NCBI RefSeq assembly: GCF_001194135.2
Contig: NC_068982.1
Span: 108,176,699-108,240,698, forward strand
Source of the DNA: Octopus bimaculoides
Lineage: Eukaryota
Direction: 5' to 3'
Length of the DNA stretch: 64,000 nt
Every line of letters starts with the position of its first letter. Position 1 is the stretch's first letter. Below are positions 1 through 14,700 of this stretch, piece after piece. The translations under genes and the position numbers were made by a program. The notes beneath the pieces are model-generated. The model saw nothing but the letters and a program-made list of their open reading frames with translations. It did not search any database and was not told the DNA's origin.

Positions 1-1494
1 TACATTCTGGTTTTACATTTTATTCCTGAACATTTCATTGTGTTAGTAAAAGAAGAAAAAATGTCAATTAATATACAACTAAATACTAAAATTTTTCTCA
101 TGATTGTTTGTATGAAATAATAAAAAAAACATAAAGCTAAAATTGGTAATTAAACAGTTTCTTTCCTGCTTTTTTATCCATCTAGACAGAAATTCATATA
201 GATAGATACTATGTACAGTATCGACACAAATTATGTCCCAGAGAATTATATTTGAAACACTGAATGGATTGATTTTAAATATTTTTCACTTTCAAAAAAT
301 TTTAGATGCTCTTTCAGTTAATACTCTGATAAAAGATTGTTTGGAAAAAAGAAAATCAACAAAAACAGATTCTGAATGTCTAATGTTCAAAACATAAAAA
401 TCTGAAGACCATTTAAAAAATATATAAAAAAAGCATTCATAATAAAAAGGTAGAGGGATGTTAAAAAAAAATGTTAAAATGATAAATACATTTATTTCCC
501 TATGTTAACACCACCATGTGACTATACAAACTGAGTAATATATTTGAATATAAACTCATTTAAATACATCAATATCAAAATGTTTTTTTCTAAGAAAAGA
601 AAAAGTAAAATATAGTAATTGTACTAAATCTGACTAAATTCCTCTTCTACATATATCATAACACTGAAGTCAGTATGTATTATATATGAGAGAATTTTTT
701 CTTGGGATGTATTACTGCCCATCATTACTAGTGCACATTATACAGAAGTGTGGTTACACAGGAATATAGTATATTGTGTAGGTATTTACATTCAGTTCAA
801 CTTATATTTGGCCTCCAAACTGCAGTTCAACTCATCCTCTTCAGATAAAATATTGTCATTAACACCACTGCTTCAGTACTATGCAAAAAATTCACGTAAC
901 TCGTGTATTATATATTCTACCTTTCATATAGAGAAAATCTCTTATCATAAGCAGAAGTTATAGTTCTATGCTTGAGCTAACAAGGTTACCACAGTAACAT
1001 ATCTGCTTTCTGTGAAAGTTTTAGCAACTCATGGGTTTCAATTGAGTGATCACACTAGTGGATATAATGTACTTAGAGTATCGATCTCACGCCATCAACC
1101 TGAAATCCTGTTTTATTGTGCATGCTCATTGGCTGCACTTACTGGTGCTAGATTGCTATCAAAACATTAAAAAGTTCAAACCTTGCTATATTGAAGAACC
1201 ATTTTGCTCTTAGATTAAGTATTTTACTTTATTTGCTTCATTCAACCTAAATGAAAATCAGTTTTAGTCTTATTTTCTACTGAGTAGTGGAAATAATGGT
1301 AAAAAGAAAAATAATGGTAAAATAGCAGCACACGAAAGCCAAATATTTAATACACTGAAACATTTAGCTTATACATAACTACAGTAGAAAAAATGTCAAA
1401 AATAAACAATATCAGAACACAATAAAGATTTTTGTTGCAGAAAAATTTTTTACAACTTCAATTAGTGTTTGACATAAACAATTTAACAAGGATT

Positions 1495-1670
1495 CTTGTA
1501 TCTTTCTTTAAATTGCAGCCATGCTGGAGCAAAGCCTAGAAGAATTTCACTCCAACGAATTGACCCCAGTACTTTTTTTTTAAAGCCTGGTACTTTACGG
1601 GGATGTAAACACACCAGCACTGATTGTCAAGCAGTGGGGGGGGGGGACACAGACACAAAGGCACACATAC

Positions 1671-1718
<48 letters not shown>

Positions 1719-1850
1719 AATATATATGATGGACTCCTTTTAGTTTTCAGACCTTAGAGCTATAATAGAAACACTTGCTCTAGGTGCCATGCAGCAGGAC
1801 TGAACCTGAAACAATACGGTTAGGAAGCAAATTTCTTACCATCCAGATGG
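1495..1850 (-). mobile_element. tRNA-type SINE (family A), reverse orientation
   Basis: Reverse complement matches the forward copies at 39857 and 51352 (A-box-like tggctgtgtggtaag, B-box-like ggttcagtcc, internal CA/TA microsatellite). Confidence 0.75.
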
Positions 1851-1854
1851 TCCT

Positions 1855-2170
1855 GATCCTTACTTCACACTATCACACAAATACAAGATACTAACTTATC
1901 CCCTACCCATTCACATCCCTAACAGATTGTCTTACGTCTTAAACATGAACAACTTCCTCATAGCTATAAACTCAAACATATCTACATCACACCTTTATTT
2001 ATGATGATAGCTATAAAATAACTACTTAGATGACTACTGCATGTCTTTGATGGAATTTTCTGTTGCAAATATTTAGATCAGATATCTGGTTATATAATCC
2101 CCAAGTCTGATGAAGAGGCTAAAAAGGTCAAAGCACTACTCTTTGTTTTGATACAAACAAATACACAAAG
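1855..2170 (+). mobile_element. Decayed retroelement 3' fragment with a hammerhead-like CTGATGA core
   Basis: Resembles the 3' regions at 11400-11800 and 15480-15760. CTGATGA at 2107-2113 is followed by ...ggtcaaag. Confidence 0.35.
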
Positions 2171-5100
2171 CTCTAGAACTGTTTTTTCAAAATAAAATGT
2201 GGCAGTTTTGTTATTTCTACTTTTCCCCATTAACATTTTAAAATTATTTTTCTAACTTGGATTTAGTGAAGTAGATGGTTTTAAGTACTCTTTCTAACAC
2301 TAACCATTAAATGACAGGTCAACTAAGCAAACTAAAATAAACAATCTGTTTAAAAGAATAATTCAAACCATGTGGTTGTGTGATGAACTTCTAACCACAG
2401 ATAATGCGTTTTTATTTTTATTTTGGTGTGTGTGTGTTACTAAATTAATTGTATTGTGCTCCTGAACAAGAAACATAACTCTTCTCCCTCTAATTAACCT
2501 CTAACATCTTATTTCTTCAAAAAAGTTCTGCTCAAAACCTCTTTCCATGGCACAATGACTTATTTGACAAAAAGCAAGTTTTATTCTCATTTCAGTAATA
2601 CATGAATAGAAAATGAATAGTGATACCAAGTGGTTAACAATAGGAAGAGCATCTAAAAGTAGAAACTACTCCTCCAACAAACCATTCCATTTAAGCAGGC
2701 ATGGGAAAATGAATGTGTAACAGTATGAAGAAATTTAAAACAGAATGGTATTAGCTTATAAATCAAATATCTAGTACCATATCCACCAATATACTGTACT
2801 CTCTTCTTTTAAAAGTTGATGAAAAATATTTTTCGTCATATTCATATATGCAGTTCTATATTTTTAGAATTTTGTATTTTTTTTTTTTACGACAGTAATA
2901 TAGATGTCCATTTTTCATTAACTAGAAAATAAAAATATAACTGTATCTTATTCCAAAATTTATGCCACTAATATGTCTTTTGGAACTCCAGAGATACAAG
3001 TCTAAATTTGTTTTCTTAATTACATTTTAATTTGAATTCAAAAGTATAAGGTATCTACCCAACCCGCTTGCATCAATTTCCCAACATTTTGCAGAACAAA
3101 ACTAATAACAGTATTCATTTATTTCAATAGTTTATAGGAATCATATTTTTCATATAAAGCAACTGCTTTTATAATTGGAAGCCTTATTTCAACCATCCAC
3201 TTAATCTAAAAGCAGAAGTGGATCTGTTGGTCAGAAAAGCAAACTAAGATTAAGGCAGTTTTTTGATTTGCCTATAAAGCCTAATACAAAAGTAGTAATA
3301 TTTGGGTTTAAAATCAATTGTCATCAGTCTTAACCTCAGCAACTTGGCCTTAATATTGTGAGCAAAGGCACCTTTCATAGTAGGTTTTATCACTTGTTAG
3401 TAATTTTTTTTTTTTTTTTTTACTTCAGATACATATTGTTTTTAAATTAAATTTTAGAATTATCTTCTATTAAATTTTTTCATTACAATCAACTTTTTAA
3501 GTAGACAACTAGCCTTACCTTTACAAATATATATATATATATATATAGATATATACATATACACATAAATACACACATTCACACAAACACATCAGTTTTC
3601 ATTAATATCAACACCTTGTCCATACCTCATTAAATATGATATTTCATTTTTCAATAATCACTAGTTATTGATTAGCCAATAAGCTATAAAAATGCCATAA
3701 AATGCAACCAAGTAAAAAAGAATTCATATTCCACAATATTTCGTTTGCTCAATAAAAAGTGATACAGCATAATCTGATATTTGGCCCTGAAATACAAACA
3801 GAGATGAAAATAGAAAACCAATTATTACTACTTTTTATGCTACTGATTTATTATGGGAAATGGTTGTTTTGAATTTGAAACTTACGACTAACAGATTTAA
3901 CAAAATAAGGAATTGCCATTGCAAACCACAGCATTATTTTATGTGGAAATTACAAAAATTTTTTTAAATCAATGGAAATATTTATATCCTTCAACAATGT
4001 TTTTGTAAATGTGTTCCTTGTAAACCGAGACTCAACAGATTTATTTCCCCACTAAAATAATATTTGTGTTATTTACATGACATCAACCTTCACACTCTTA
4101 ATAGTTATTTGTAGTTAAGGAGTTATAGGTTAGTCACAACTACATGTTTTTTCTACAAACTTTCCTTTTTGAAATTAAATATATTAAATTACTTTAATGA
4201 ATGATACAAGAAATTCAATGCTTAAAAAGCTAAGCTCTCAGTAAAAAGTGAGAAAGGGAATTTTGGTCAGACCCAGTTGGTTAGTCAAACATTGTCTTCA
4301 ATACAAATACACCCTTCCAGTGACCTACAAAATTAGGACACAGCTTCAAAAAGGTGTCTGCTACAATTTATCTAATGAAGAATAAGGTTCACATAAACAG
4401 AAAATAACCTTAAGGAAATTCACAAAATTAAATCATCTCAACTTATTGTTGTTTGAGCTGCAAATTCTCATTCACAGAGCACTGAACAAGCATATAGTTT
4501 AATGTAATTTAGATGTAGGTTGTAATTTGGTATCTCTGTTTTGATCCAAATATTAAAACTGAAGATAAGCCAGAAGCATTTTATTTTTTATTTTATTTAT
4601 TTATTTATTTTTTGCAGTGTTTCAGGAACAATTCACAAGCAGCAGAACAGGACATATGAATATAATGAAATGTCAGTGCTGCAAGTTGGATCAAGTTATT
4701 TTTCCCTGTTCTAGAATCTAGTTACCTTAGCAATCAAGCCAAATTAGCATACATATCAAGAAAAATCAATAACAAATAGCAGTGGCATGTTTTAATTACA
4801 GATGGACATTGTAATATGAAAACCTGAGAGACACACAATCAGATCATAAAATAGACCATTTGTAGAACACTCAGACTATTAGTTAACTAAACAATATTAA
4901 GACATTTTGACACTACTAATTACCAAATCTGCTTTTTAATAGTTACTTCCTATTAAAAAAGTTACTATTTTAAACAAGATCTCAACTATTCCCTTATTAG
5001 AGTTCTTTAACATGATTGTACTTTAGCAGCCACAACATCTAGCAAACAACTTTAGTCTTCCCGTGCTCATCTTCCTAACACACGTCTTCGTTCCAGGATT

Positions 5101-6054
5101 TATCAAGTTATGCTTATCTGTTACCATATAACTGTATTACTTTCTTTCTTGAAAACAACACTTGAACTTTAATTTCTAGGTATCTAAGAGAAACAGTGCA
5201 CTTAATATATTTAAAATATAATCCTCTCAATTACATATCATCATCATCATCATCATTATCACACCACTGCTGTCTGTTTCTATACCAGCAAAATTTAGGT
5301 CAATCTGCAGTATAGTAATCTTGACCCCATGTCGACATATATTAATGATCTGATGTCACCATTTCCATGTCCTTTAACACAGCACTTTCCATTGTCATCA
5401 TCTATCAGCACTTTAATCTCTTCTGCAAACATCAACAGATGCTGGTAATACTAAGCTGCCTTCATGCAAGTTCTACATGTATTCAAATTTTGTAACTTTA
5501 CATGTCTAGACTATACATACACTAAGGTAACTTCCATGTTGTTTTCAAATACAACCTAACTTTTTTTATATATTAAAAAAAGACATTCTCCAGTTTCTAT
5601 AGTTTTATGACTGCAATCATCAGCAGTTCAGTTTTGACATGTTCACTTTTTGTGAGAATAGATACTCACATTTATAACTCATGTACTCGTTTATATTTCA
5701 AAAATTAGGTTGTGTGCAAAAGCAAATTATACACCTGTCTTAAAATAAATATGATCAGAAAAGTACTTCAACCTAGTTTCTTATAACAGATTTTATGAAC
5801 AAGCCACTATTATAAAGTATTGATACTTAAGAATCCCTTAAATCAACAATAGTAAAGCTTGGTTGTTCATAATCTTTTGAACCACTGTTGAACTAAATTT
5901 TATGCGAGTTATTTTAATTTCATATTGCAATCATCTGGCAATAAACGCATCTAAATAATTTTTGATCTAGTTCTACATTTAAGATAATTATGAAACTACA
6001 TGTGATTAATATCAGAGTCAGATCTGTTTGTAAAGTTAATCATAATATGTAAAT

Positions 6055-6750
6055 CATCATCCACCATCATCATCATTTAACGTCCGTTTTCCATGCTGGC
6101 AAGTTGAAGAACTGTACGAAGTTCCAGTCTGATTTGGTTTGGTTTCTACGGCTGGATGCCCTTCCTAATGCCAACCACTTTACAGATTGTGCTGGGTGCT
6201 TTCTACATGGCACTGGCACAGATGCTTTTTATGTCACCCAGCACAAGTGCTCTTCTTTACACAGCGCTGGCATGGGCATTTTTTATGTGGCGTACTGGCA
6301 CAGGTGCTTTGTACATGGAGTTGGCATGGGGTGCTTTTTACATGGCACCAGCACTGGTGGTTGTTTACATGGCATTGGCAATTATATGTGGCAGTGACAT
6401 GGGTGCACCAGAGCAGGGCTCTTACAGACAAAAACCCCTTCAGCTGGAAGCAGGGTATTAACAATTCTACTGTGGCAGACAGGTCTTCTTGAGTACAGCA
6501 AGGTGCCAGATATCTTAGTCCTTTGTCATCTTCTCCATAAGGTTCAGTATCCTGAGATCAACTTTCAGTCCTTTGTCCCATATCTTCCTGGGTCTTCCTC
6601 TTCTATGAAGTGATCGGCACTTCTGTATGGAGCTGTCTACAGGCATCCATACCAAATGACCAAGCCAGTATAATCTTCTCTCTTACACAAAGCATCTAAT
6701 TCCTCTTATGCTTAACTTTTCTCTCAATACACTAGCACTCTGTCACACGT
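6055..6750 (-). mobile_element. RTE-LINE 3' end with its (ATG)n-tailed repeat, reverse orientation
   Basis: 6480-6750 is the reverse complement of the RTE 3' ends at 42300-42740 and 45000-45410. 6055-6460 is the catcatcatttaacgtcc...gatgcccttcctaatgccaaccac...ggcacagg repeat. The overlapping ORFs at 6104-6492 derive from its internal ~23-24-bp units. Confidence 0.7.
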
Positions 6751-8024
6751 GACGTAAAAAAGTACAACCAATTTCCTATAGCAACTCCAAATGCATTAAT
6801 AGAAACATATAGGGTTATAAATTTTTGAACAACAATACTGAATTGTTCTGACAACAAGTGTATGACAAACACTAGGGAATAGATTGACTGAGTCGCTTTA
6901 ATGAAAATAAGAATTTAAATGTCTAGATTCATAAATGGTAAAAAATGAGAAGTTGGGGGTATTTTCCAAAGGGCTATGGCAACAACCAACAACTTTATAT
7001 AAATACTATACTTTGTCATTTTAAATTTAAAGTTATATAGAATGTCACAACTTTGAAGACTCAAAAGAAATGATTTTAACTGAGAATTAAAAGCAGGTTG
7101 TTTTTGTTTCAAGCACTTGTCACAAATTTTTCCAACCATAAAAATAATAGTTCAATTCAAGGTAAATGGTATATATTAGTGGTATGTATTTCACTGATTA
7201 AAAAGAATGAAAGTAAAATGGTGAGATTACATTTTTAAAAAATCTAAGTTGCTAAACTAGCATATGAAAAAAAACAAAAAACTAAATCAACAATATTTAC
7301 AACCTTTCCCATATGACAGTTCTTAGAACTATTCTGTATAACACCAGATCAATAATAAGTAACCAATAAGTTTATTTCAATTCAATCCAAGACAGGTTTT
7401 TCTACTACCAAGTTAAGCTAATATCAAATGCAATAATCCCTATATACATGCATTACATATGCAAACAGTCAAATGCTATTCATGTGTCACAATTTTAAAA
7501 GAATATAGAAAATAATTACAAAAAGGCAGGGGGTAAAATAAAAAGAAAATTAGCAATTCATATATCCCTACATTAAATAAAGTAACTAATTTAACATTAA
7601 AAATAGAGCAACTTAAGAATAAGTATTAAATACAGGACAATCATCAGCCTCTGCAAAGTCTGTTAGATTCTTTATACAATCAAAGTATACAAGTAATTAA
7701 ACACAAGGCCATTTTGCAGGTGGGAGGAATATAAAATGTTTTTTTTTTTTGATATTGGAAGATAAAATATTGAGGTACTAAAATTTGGTAACCATAAAGC
7801 ATTCAGACAAGCCATCTACATTATATGGCTCTCTGTATCTGGACAAGCTTTTTTTAGCGCAGACCAGGAGTTATCAATGCACACAAGTCACCTTTCTCCA
7901 AGTCATTGATGATCTGGGGCATTGCTGTCAGAATGCAAAGTATTGGAAAATATATGGCAAGGCATCTGGTTCTGTGCTCTAACATTTCCATCACTACCCT
8001 GGACTAATAATAATTTCTTAGATA

Positions 8025-8170
8025 CACACAAGGCCAAAAATTTGTGGGGAAGAGACAGTTGATTATATACACCTGCCCCCAGTATTCGACTGAGACTTTA
8101 TTGATCCTGAAAGGATGAAGAATGAAAGACAAAGCTGATATCTGCAGGATCTGAATTCGAAAAATAAAAA
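8025..8170 (+). mobile_element. SINE-like repeat (family C), partial
   Basis: Shares cacaaggcc...cccagt...actgg...ttattga...aaaggatgaa...aaag with 47755-47970. Confidence 0.55.
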
Positions 8171-8489
8171 GCCAGATATAGCCAAGAAAATAAAAATAAT
8201 GATGGTGATTTCGAGCACCATAAGTCCACAAAATTTAGAAGGCAGAATCAGTTAAGTCAATCCCAGTGTATTACTAAAATATTTTATCTTTATTTTGTCT
8301 GGACACAAAAATATCAACCATAGTGTGATTTCTAAATCAACATAAGGGGATGTAACTAAATACAGTAAGGCAGTCTACAGATTTTGACACCCACTGTACA
8401 ATTAATGATACATAAATATTATTATTAATAATTATTATGTGGTGATTTGTTGTACTTGAAAAGACACATCAAGCTAAGTAAAATCGCTG

Positions 8490-8900
8490 CCTTCCCCTTT
8501 CAGGTGCCAGAGCCACATAAAAAGCACCAATGCCAATGCTGTGTAAACACACCTGTGCTGGTGCTGTGTAAATGCACCTGTGCTGGTGCTGTGTAAATGC
8601 ACCTGTGCCAGTGGCACGTAAAAAGCACCAATGCCAATGCTGTGTAAACACACCTGTGCTGGTGCTGTGTAAACACACCTGTGCTGGTGCTGTGTAAATG
8701 CACCTGTGCCAGTGGCACGTAAAAAGCACCCACCACACTTTGTTAAGGGGTTAGCATTAGGAAAGACATCCTGCCATAGAAACAATGCCACAACAGACAA
8801 TAGAAGTCTGGACAGCTCCCAGCTGGCCAGCTCCATGTCAAACCGTCCAACCCACGCCAGCATGGAAAACAGACATTAAACGATGGTAATGATGAATTAT
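8490..8900 (+). mobile_element. (ATG)n-tailed RTE-associated repeat, opposite orientation to 6055-6460, with expanded internal tandem units
   Basis: Ends in ...agcatggaaaacagacattaaacgatggtaatgatg. The internal unit gctgtgtaaaYRcacctgtgctggt is repeated. Confidence 0.7.
8520..8730. repeat. Minisatellite: ~24-bp units arranged in a 101-bp higher-order duplication
   Basis: aaaagcacc recurs at 8520, 8621 and 8722 (period 101), and the two blocks are nearly identical. Confidence 0.85.
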
Positions 8901-9097
8901 AATGGCCAATTGTTAAAAGGAAGAGCAATAGTTTAATTGCATTAAACTATTATATAGCTGATGGTTACTTTAGCAACTCCAGAGAACAGAAGTTGAGCCA
9001 GAGAAATTTCAATTCAAAATACTAAACAATGAAATTAAATACTATAATAAGACATGGATAATAAAACAGAGGTGACCAGATGACCAAAATGTTGCCT

Positions 9098-9316
9098 TTA
9101 ACCTTTTAGCATACAGATTATTGTCAAAAGTAATGATTATTTATCCACATGGTTTTGAATTAATCATGCATTAACTTGTAGCTAGGAGATTTTGATGAGA
9201 TAATTTTTAGAATGATATTGTAAGACTGCTGTGAGAAACCAGATCTGGCTAGTTTGGACATAAAACAGGCAGAATAATTTGGCTGGATACGGCCAGTTTA
9301 AATACTAAGGGGTTAC
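9098..9316. mobile_element. piggyBac-like MITE (TTAA-flanked), copy 1
   Basis: ttaa|ccttttagcat ... atactaagggg|ttac terminal inverted repeats. The internal sequence is homologous to 21844-22071. Confidence 0.7.
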
Positions 9317-10759
9317 GATATTCTAGATAACAAGCTTATTTCACAGCTAACAAGGGGGAGATGGAAAAATAGTAATTGACTAGTTTTAATCCTTACAATA
9401 ATTATTCAACTCTATGTCGAACAAAAATATTGAATATTTTGCACGCTACAAAATTTGCATAATTTTTAATTATAGTTATCAAAGTACTTTCAGTCAAACA
9501 TTATTAAATATGACAGTATTTTATTTTCTAGTAATTAAACGTAAATGGTGTATATGATAAAAAAAAAAATTTACTTAGACCAAGTCAAATTTTAATTAAT
9601 CTATGTCTCACTTAAAGAATTTAGAGGTGATTGCAGAGGATGAGTGGTAAAATCAACACTAGCAAAATTTAAACTCAAATTAGCAATTAACTGAACACAT
9701 TAAAAAAAAACTTTTGGCTTACTAAAGAATTGAAGCTTAGCAACTCAAATCTAAACCAGATAACTGAAATATATTCACCAATTTTTACTCAATTCAGTTG
9801 TCTTTAATAGTTGTAAAGTGAATTAAGAATCTACATTTAGTATCAATGCAAACCAAAATTACATGGAATATATTTTGTTTACAAAATAGAAAAGTAAACA
9901 GAAAGGAGGTCTTTCTATTTACTTTTGTTATCAAATATAAGCTTGCCTATAATTACCTTTTCCTTTTGTGAGTACTTTACTGTTGCCCTTAAAATAATTG
10001 ACAAGGCTTATATACCAGACAAGTCTGGATAAAACTTTTACTCCTAGTCTAAGTTATTTGTTCTTACAAATGTTTATCTAGGAGCTTTCTCTATTTCTAC
10101 AATCTGAGAGTTTTCAAAATTTAACTGCTTAATTGTCAGCCATTCTTTAATTAGGTCAACTTAGAGTAGATATTCATTGTCCAATTTATAATCCTTATTT
10201 AGCAATCACTCATAAAAGCATTTCCATTCACTCTTTTTCTTATTATCACTATGTGCAAACATACTCCAGCCATTATTCATTCAGTGATCCAAGTAAAAGA
10301 AAACAATTTTGATTTGAGAAGCTAATGACACAAACAAGCTATTTCTACAACTAAAATCAATAATAGAACACAAATTACAAGAAAATGCAGGAGCATACTT
10401 TTTTATTTATTTTGCTAATAGCCAATTAAAAATCACTAACAAATATTTGCACATTAATTAATAGCTCTTGCATATTTAATAAGCTTGAAGTCTAATAAAA
10501 GTAGGTTGACATTTATCCAAAAGCAAGTTGTTGATAGAATCAATAAGCTAGAAAAGGTTCAATTCAAACTGAAACACTAAATAAAAGTCTCAGATTATTA
10601 TCAAAATCATAACATAAGTATATAACTGAAAATAACACAATTCTCAGATGAAAATATAGAAACATTAAGAATCTACATTTAGATTCTTAAACATAGCTAG
10701 AAAAAAATAGTAATTACAATAACAAAACAAACTAATTACATACAAAGTAATTATAATAA

Positions 10760-11780
10760 TGAAACCCATTCTGGGTATGGTTTTGTACCCCATTTGGTTA
10801 TATGCACATCAATGACCAACTTATCACACTCAACAACACCCCACTCTTATGCAGTTGACGTTACTCTTCATTCCTCCCTAACCTTTCCCAACCATTCATC
10901 ATCCACACAAAACATAGGCACCTCACACTAAACCTGCACTGGTTCCATAAATGGAATCCTCAAAATTATCCTACAGTGGAGCCATGCTAGTCTTGTTGCT
11001 TTCAACATAAAAAAAAAATTTTTCATATCAAGAAGACATCACCACACCATACTCCCCTTAAACATATACACCTTGCAACTAGTCACCTTTCTCTCCTTAG
11101 AAAAGCACATCCTTAACATCACTAAGACTGTATTTGCAAAGACTGGCCCTTTTCTTCAAGGTCAGAAATTACTTCAGCTCACAATTATAAACACTCTACA
11201 AAGTTCAAGTAAAACTCACAATGGAATAATGCTGCTACATCTGGAATGGCGCTACTGTTGCACAGGGACATCCTCACCCAAAGAAAGACCACTAAAATGG
11301 TTGGCATCAAATTAATTACAGATAAGCTGCAGTTCTAGCTCACAGTATACCAATCAGACAATTTGTCATCTACCATTCACATGGCATACTAAAATCAATC
11401 TTATCCTTATCATACTCCAGCCTTTAGACTTAAGTGTGCTGTTTTCAGTGATTATAATGGCCTTTGCTCATTGGAGCTGGTTGGGTTCATGGCACCTCTA
11501 CTCAGGCATTCCTGTCCTACTTGTCTCCTCTTCCCTTCACCCTTACTGTGACCAGCCATCTAGGCCCTACACTAATCACTATGATCAGGCCTTCCTTCCA
11601 AAAAACTCAACTCCCTGGAATTTCCTCCCAGTTCACATTTTTTCTGCAAAGATTCGAGAAGAACATAAATGCCATCAATCTCATTGGTCTAGGATAGCTT
11701 GCAAAGATCATGGGCACTACACCTACCAAACACCAAACCCAGCAATAAGAGAAAAATCACTGAATGATGCCTTGTAAAGT
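10760..11780 (+). mobile_element. Decayed CR1/L2-like LINE, RT core to 3' end
   Basis: Relic motifs catcaatgac (INDL) and tatgcagttgacgttactctt (YAVDVTL, a YADD relic). catctggaatggcgctactgttgca matches the HIWDGAAVA region at about 62400. Confidence 0.7.
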
Positions 11781-11989
11781 AATACTGGCCATTATGTGCT
11801 TGATAACTATTTAAATGGATAGAAGATACAGGCAAAGCAGATAGTCAGGCATACCTAAGCAAAAAACATGGCATGGAAGTGTCAATCTGAGACCTTTTTG
11901 AATAAGAACTCGACCCCCACTCCTCCTCAAAAAAGCCAGTCGCAGAGTTTAGTACATACCTAATTTGTTGAATAAGAAGAAAACTGCAG

Positions 11990-12560
11990 GTCTGCAGACC
12001 CCAAAGAAGATAGCTGCTGAAATGTTGAAAGCTAAGTACTACTCCATAATTGGCAAGCGTAATATGAAAGATGTATAAGAGATGTCAATTAAGTTAATGG
12101 ACCAGCACTGAAGGGAGCCATAATGAAACTAGTACTACATCAAAAAAGTTTATATAATACAGTTTCAATTTGTACTGAGATTTGGGAGCATGGAAAGCAT
12201 ATTTCTAGTGATTAAGTTTCAATATCTTAGATTAAAATGTTTCTTTTAAACCCAAGCAACTCTTCTTTGCCATTCATTGACCTGAGAACACCAGAGGCCC
12301 ACATTTTAGTTTGATAGGTACAAGGAAAGTTATTAAGGTGTAGATGAATTGTTTAGGAGACCAATTCAGTAAAGAATTTAGTGTACATTTTGGTGTCCAA
12401 GAGGAGTGGGGAGCTTTGTTCTTAGCTCTCTTCTCATTGAGGTTCTGGCAGTAATAACATAGGAATTCACAAATAAATGTCCTTGGAAACTGTATATGCT
12501 GATGACTTGGTTCTTAAAGTAAATCTGTTTAAGAGCTGCAAGAAAACTCAAAAGCTAAAA
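11990..12560 (+). mobile_element. Decayed RTE-clade LINE fragment
   Basis: tatgctgatgacttggttctt (YADDLVL) near 12500. Upstream gatagctgctgaaatgttgaaagc resembles the RTE copy at about 43.9 kb. Confidence 0.65.
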
Positions 12561-13899
12561 TAGTCAAATTCAAAACACCTTAAGGACAAAATAAAAATTA
12601 AAATAATAAAGAATACTGAATACCAAAACCATTTATTAAGTAGCCTTACTAAATATATAAAATGGAGTGGAAACTGTTACAATGTACTCAATTTAAGCAA
12701 TAGATAGACAAATGTTGTAATGGGTTCCCTGACAAATTGACAAAGAACCAAGGCTAAATTTACAAATATAGTTGGAACACAACTCCAACTTCAGTAATGT
12801 AATTAGTGAAGATACTTGTAAAGAATTGAAACAAATCAGGGAATTGTCGCTTCTGTTGGTCTCTCCATCACAAAGGCACATTGTATGAGTATAATGAAGA
12901 TAATAATGCATAAGACATTTAAGCAGTAAAGTTTGTTTGTAACTTTCCCAACAATCTTTTAACTCTTTTTTCATACATTCTCTTTGTTTATTATAATTCT
13001 TTAGTAGAGGTAGGATACAATTTCTATTAACATTTTAATCAATAGCTATTCTTTTTATTATTTCTGTTCTATCAAAAAAGTCCTCAAATCTGATAATTGG
13101 CAACTTTCCAATTTTTTTTTAACTGACTCAATTCCTTTGGATAAGTAACATTAATTCTTAACATTTACATTCTTTAGCCTAATTTCATATTTTTATTTTA
13201 ATGTCAAAACATGCATTTATACTAATTTCCATTTGTATCTTTTGAATTCTTGAAAATTTGATAAATTGTGAAACAAAACTAAGATTCATCCAGGCAATAT
13301 CTTGTTTTTATTTACTCCTTATTAATATAAATCTTTGGATAGAGATTATGCTATTATTCAACAGTACATATAATAAATGAAACATGAATCCACAAAACTG
13401 AGCCTATTCAGCCAAGATAAAATTTCAAAACAAACCTAAGGATCCTAAACAGCCTAATTCAAAGGAATCTTGTTTGGTAGAGTTATGTTTAGATAATGGT
13501 GATACACAAAAAATAAAAGCCTTGATTTGAAGAACAAACTCATTATCCAACGATGTTAACTGAGAATAAGAACTATATCCCCAAGAAGTATGTTTCTAGT
13601 GAAGCATAATTCCTTATTTCAACAGAAGCAAGTGTTTAAGAAATACAGAAATAGTAAGATAAAAACAGAAATGAATAAAAAAAATCACACCTGATAGAGA
13701 AAGCACAACTTTAGGAAAACACTTCATGTTTACTACAGGTATGTTTACATCAAAAATGGATTTATTAGTCTCTAGAGATAGCAAAGGTAAGCAAACTAAC
13801 TAAAGTCAAATTGGAAACTATGGCTACAATAACAATTTTTATTCTAAAATTATTTGAGACAGAACAAAGAGGAGTTGAAGAACAAGATTCTGAGAGATT

Positions 13900-14700
13900 A
13901 ATAGTAAGTTTAAAGAATTTGAGATAAGAATACTCAAGAACTGCAGAAGTGAGAAAACGGTTTACATAAAATGGTTGTACTAAGTGAGGGCCAGAGAATT
14001 GCAAGAAACATAGTGATATTATTACACTGTCTTCCTTCTACTTTTTATAAATCTTCTTGTGAAATTGAGCTGGATCTACTTTAACTTATTTAATGTTACC
14101 AAGTAAGTTGGAGTAGATTTCAAGGTCTTGCTCAGTTTATCAAATGCAATCAAGGATACCAGTAATTTAGGGAGTAACACCGTCCTATATATGAGACCCA
14201 TTCTCTAAAGCATGATCTATTGGGATCCTTTAGAGAAACAACAGTCACCTAAGACTGATGTATTTTTCTGCCAAAACTACATAAAAGTATCTTAACTTTC
14301 AGTTAAGAATACAAATGTAGTAGAAATTGGACACCAATAGATTTTTAGTGAGGGATAGCAGTTGATTGTGAAAAGGTTATATTGTAAGTCATTCTTTAAA
14401 TAAATGTTGTCTATGCTTATATCATATGTTACCAAAATGATCAAATACCCATGGAAAAAAAAAAAAAGAGTAAAAATCCTCAGAGATGTGGACATTATAT
14501 AAAAACTAATGATACTAGCAGAGGCAAAATAGCAAGATATTCTAAACAGTTAATAAAAAAACTATTACAAAGCAACATCAATAGAAAAAAATACTGCTAA
14601 TTAAGAACAACGAAGGAAATAGGATATACTAACATATACATCATAAAACTAAAATAATAATTTAAGTAAAAGTATCTTAAATAGGAAGGCAACAATACCA
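13900..14700 (+). mobile_element. Highly decayed L1/Tx1-like LINE fragment
   Basis: aattggacaccaata (NWTPI, similar to NWRPI) near 14325 in an A-rich, stop-riddled context. Confidence 0.3.

Noticed and set aside
790-880. Possible terminal exon GVNDNILSEEDELNCSLEAKYKLN* on the minus strand
   Set aside because: It needs the second of two nearby AGs, because the first gives an immediate stop. There is no homology support or link to exon 2.
6104-6492. Three overlapping 97-101-aa ORFs rich in Cys, His, Trp and Gly
   Set aside because: They lie within a dispersed repeat built from ~24-bp units. All frames are open because of repeat composition, and there are no splice sites or domain.
8469-8863. 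Repetitive ORFs (TQHQHRCVYT..., 78-129 aa) and a superficial CRISPR-like periodicity
   Set aside because: Translations of the minisatellite. The units abut without unique spacers, so this is not a CRISPR array, and the context is eukaryotic.
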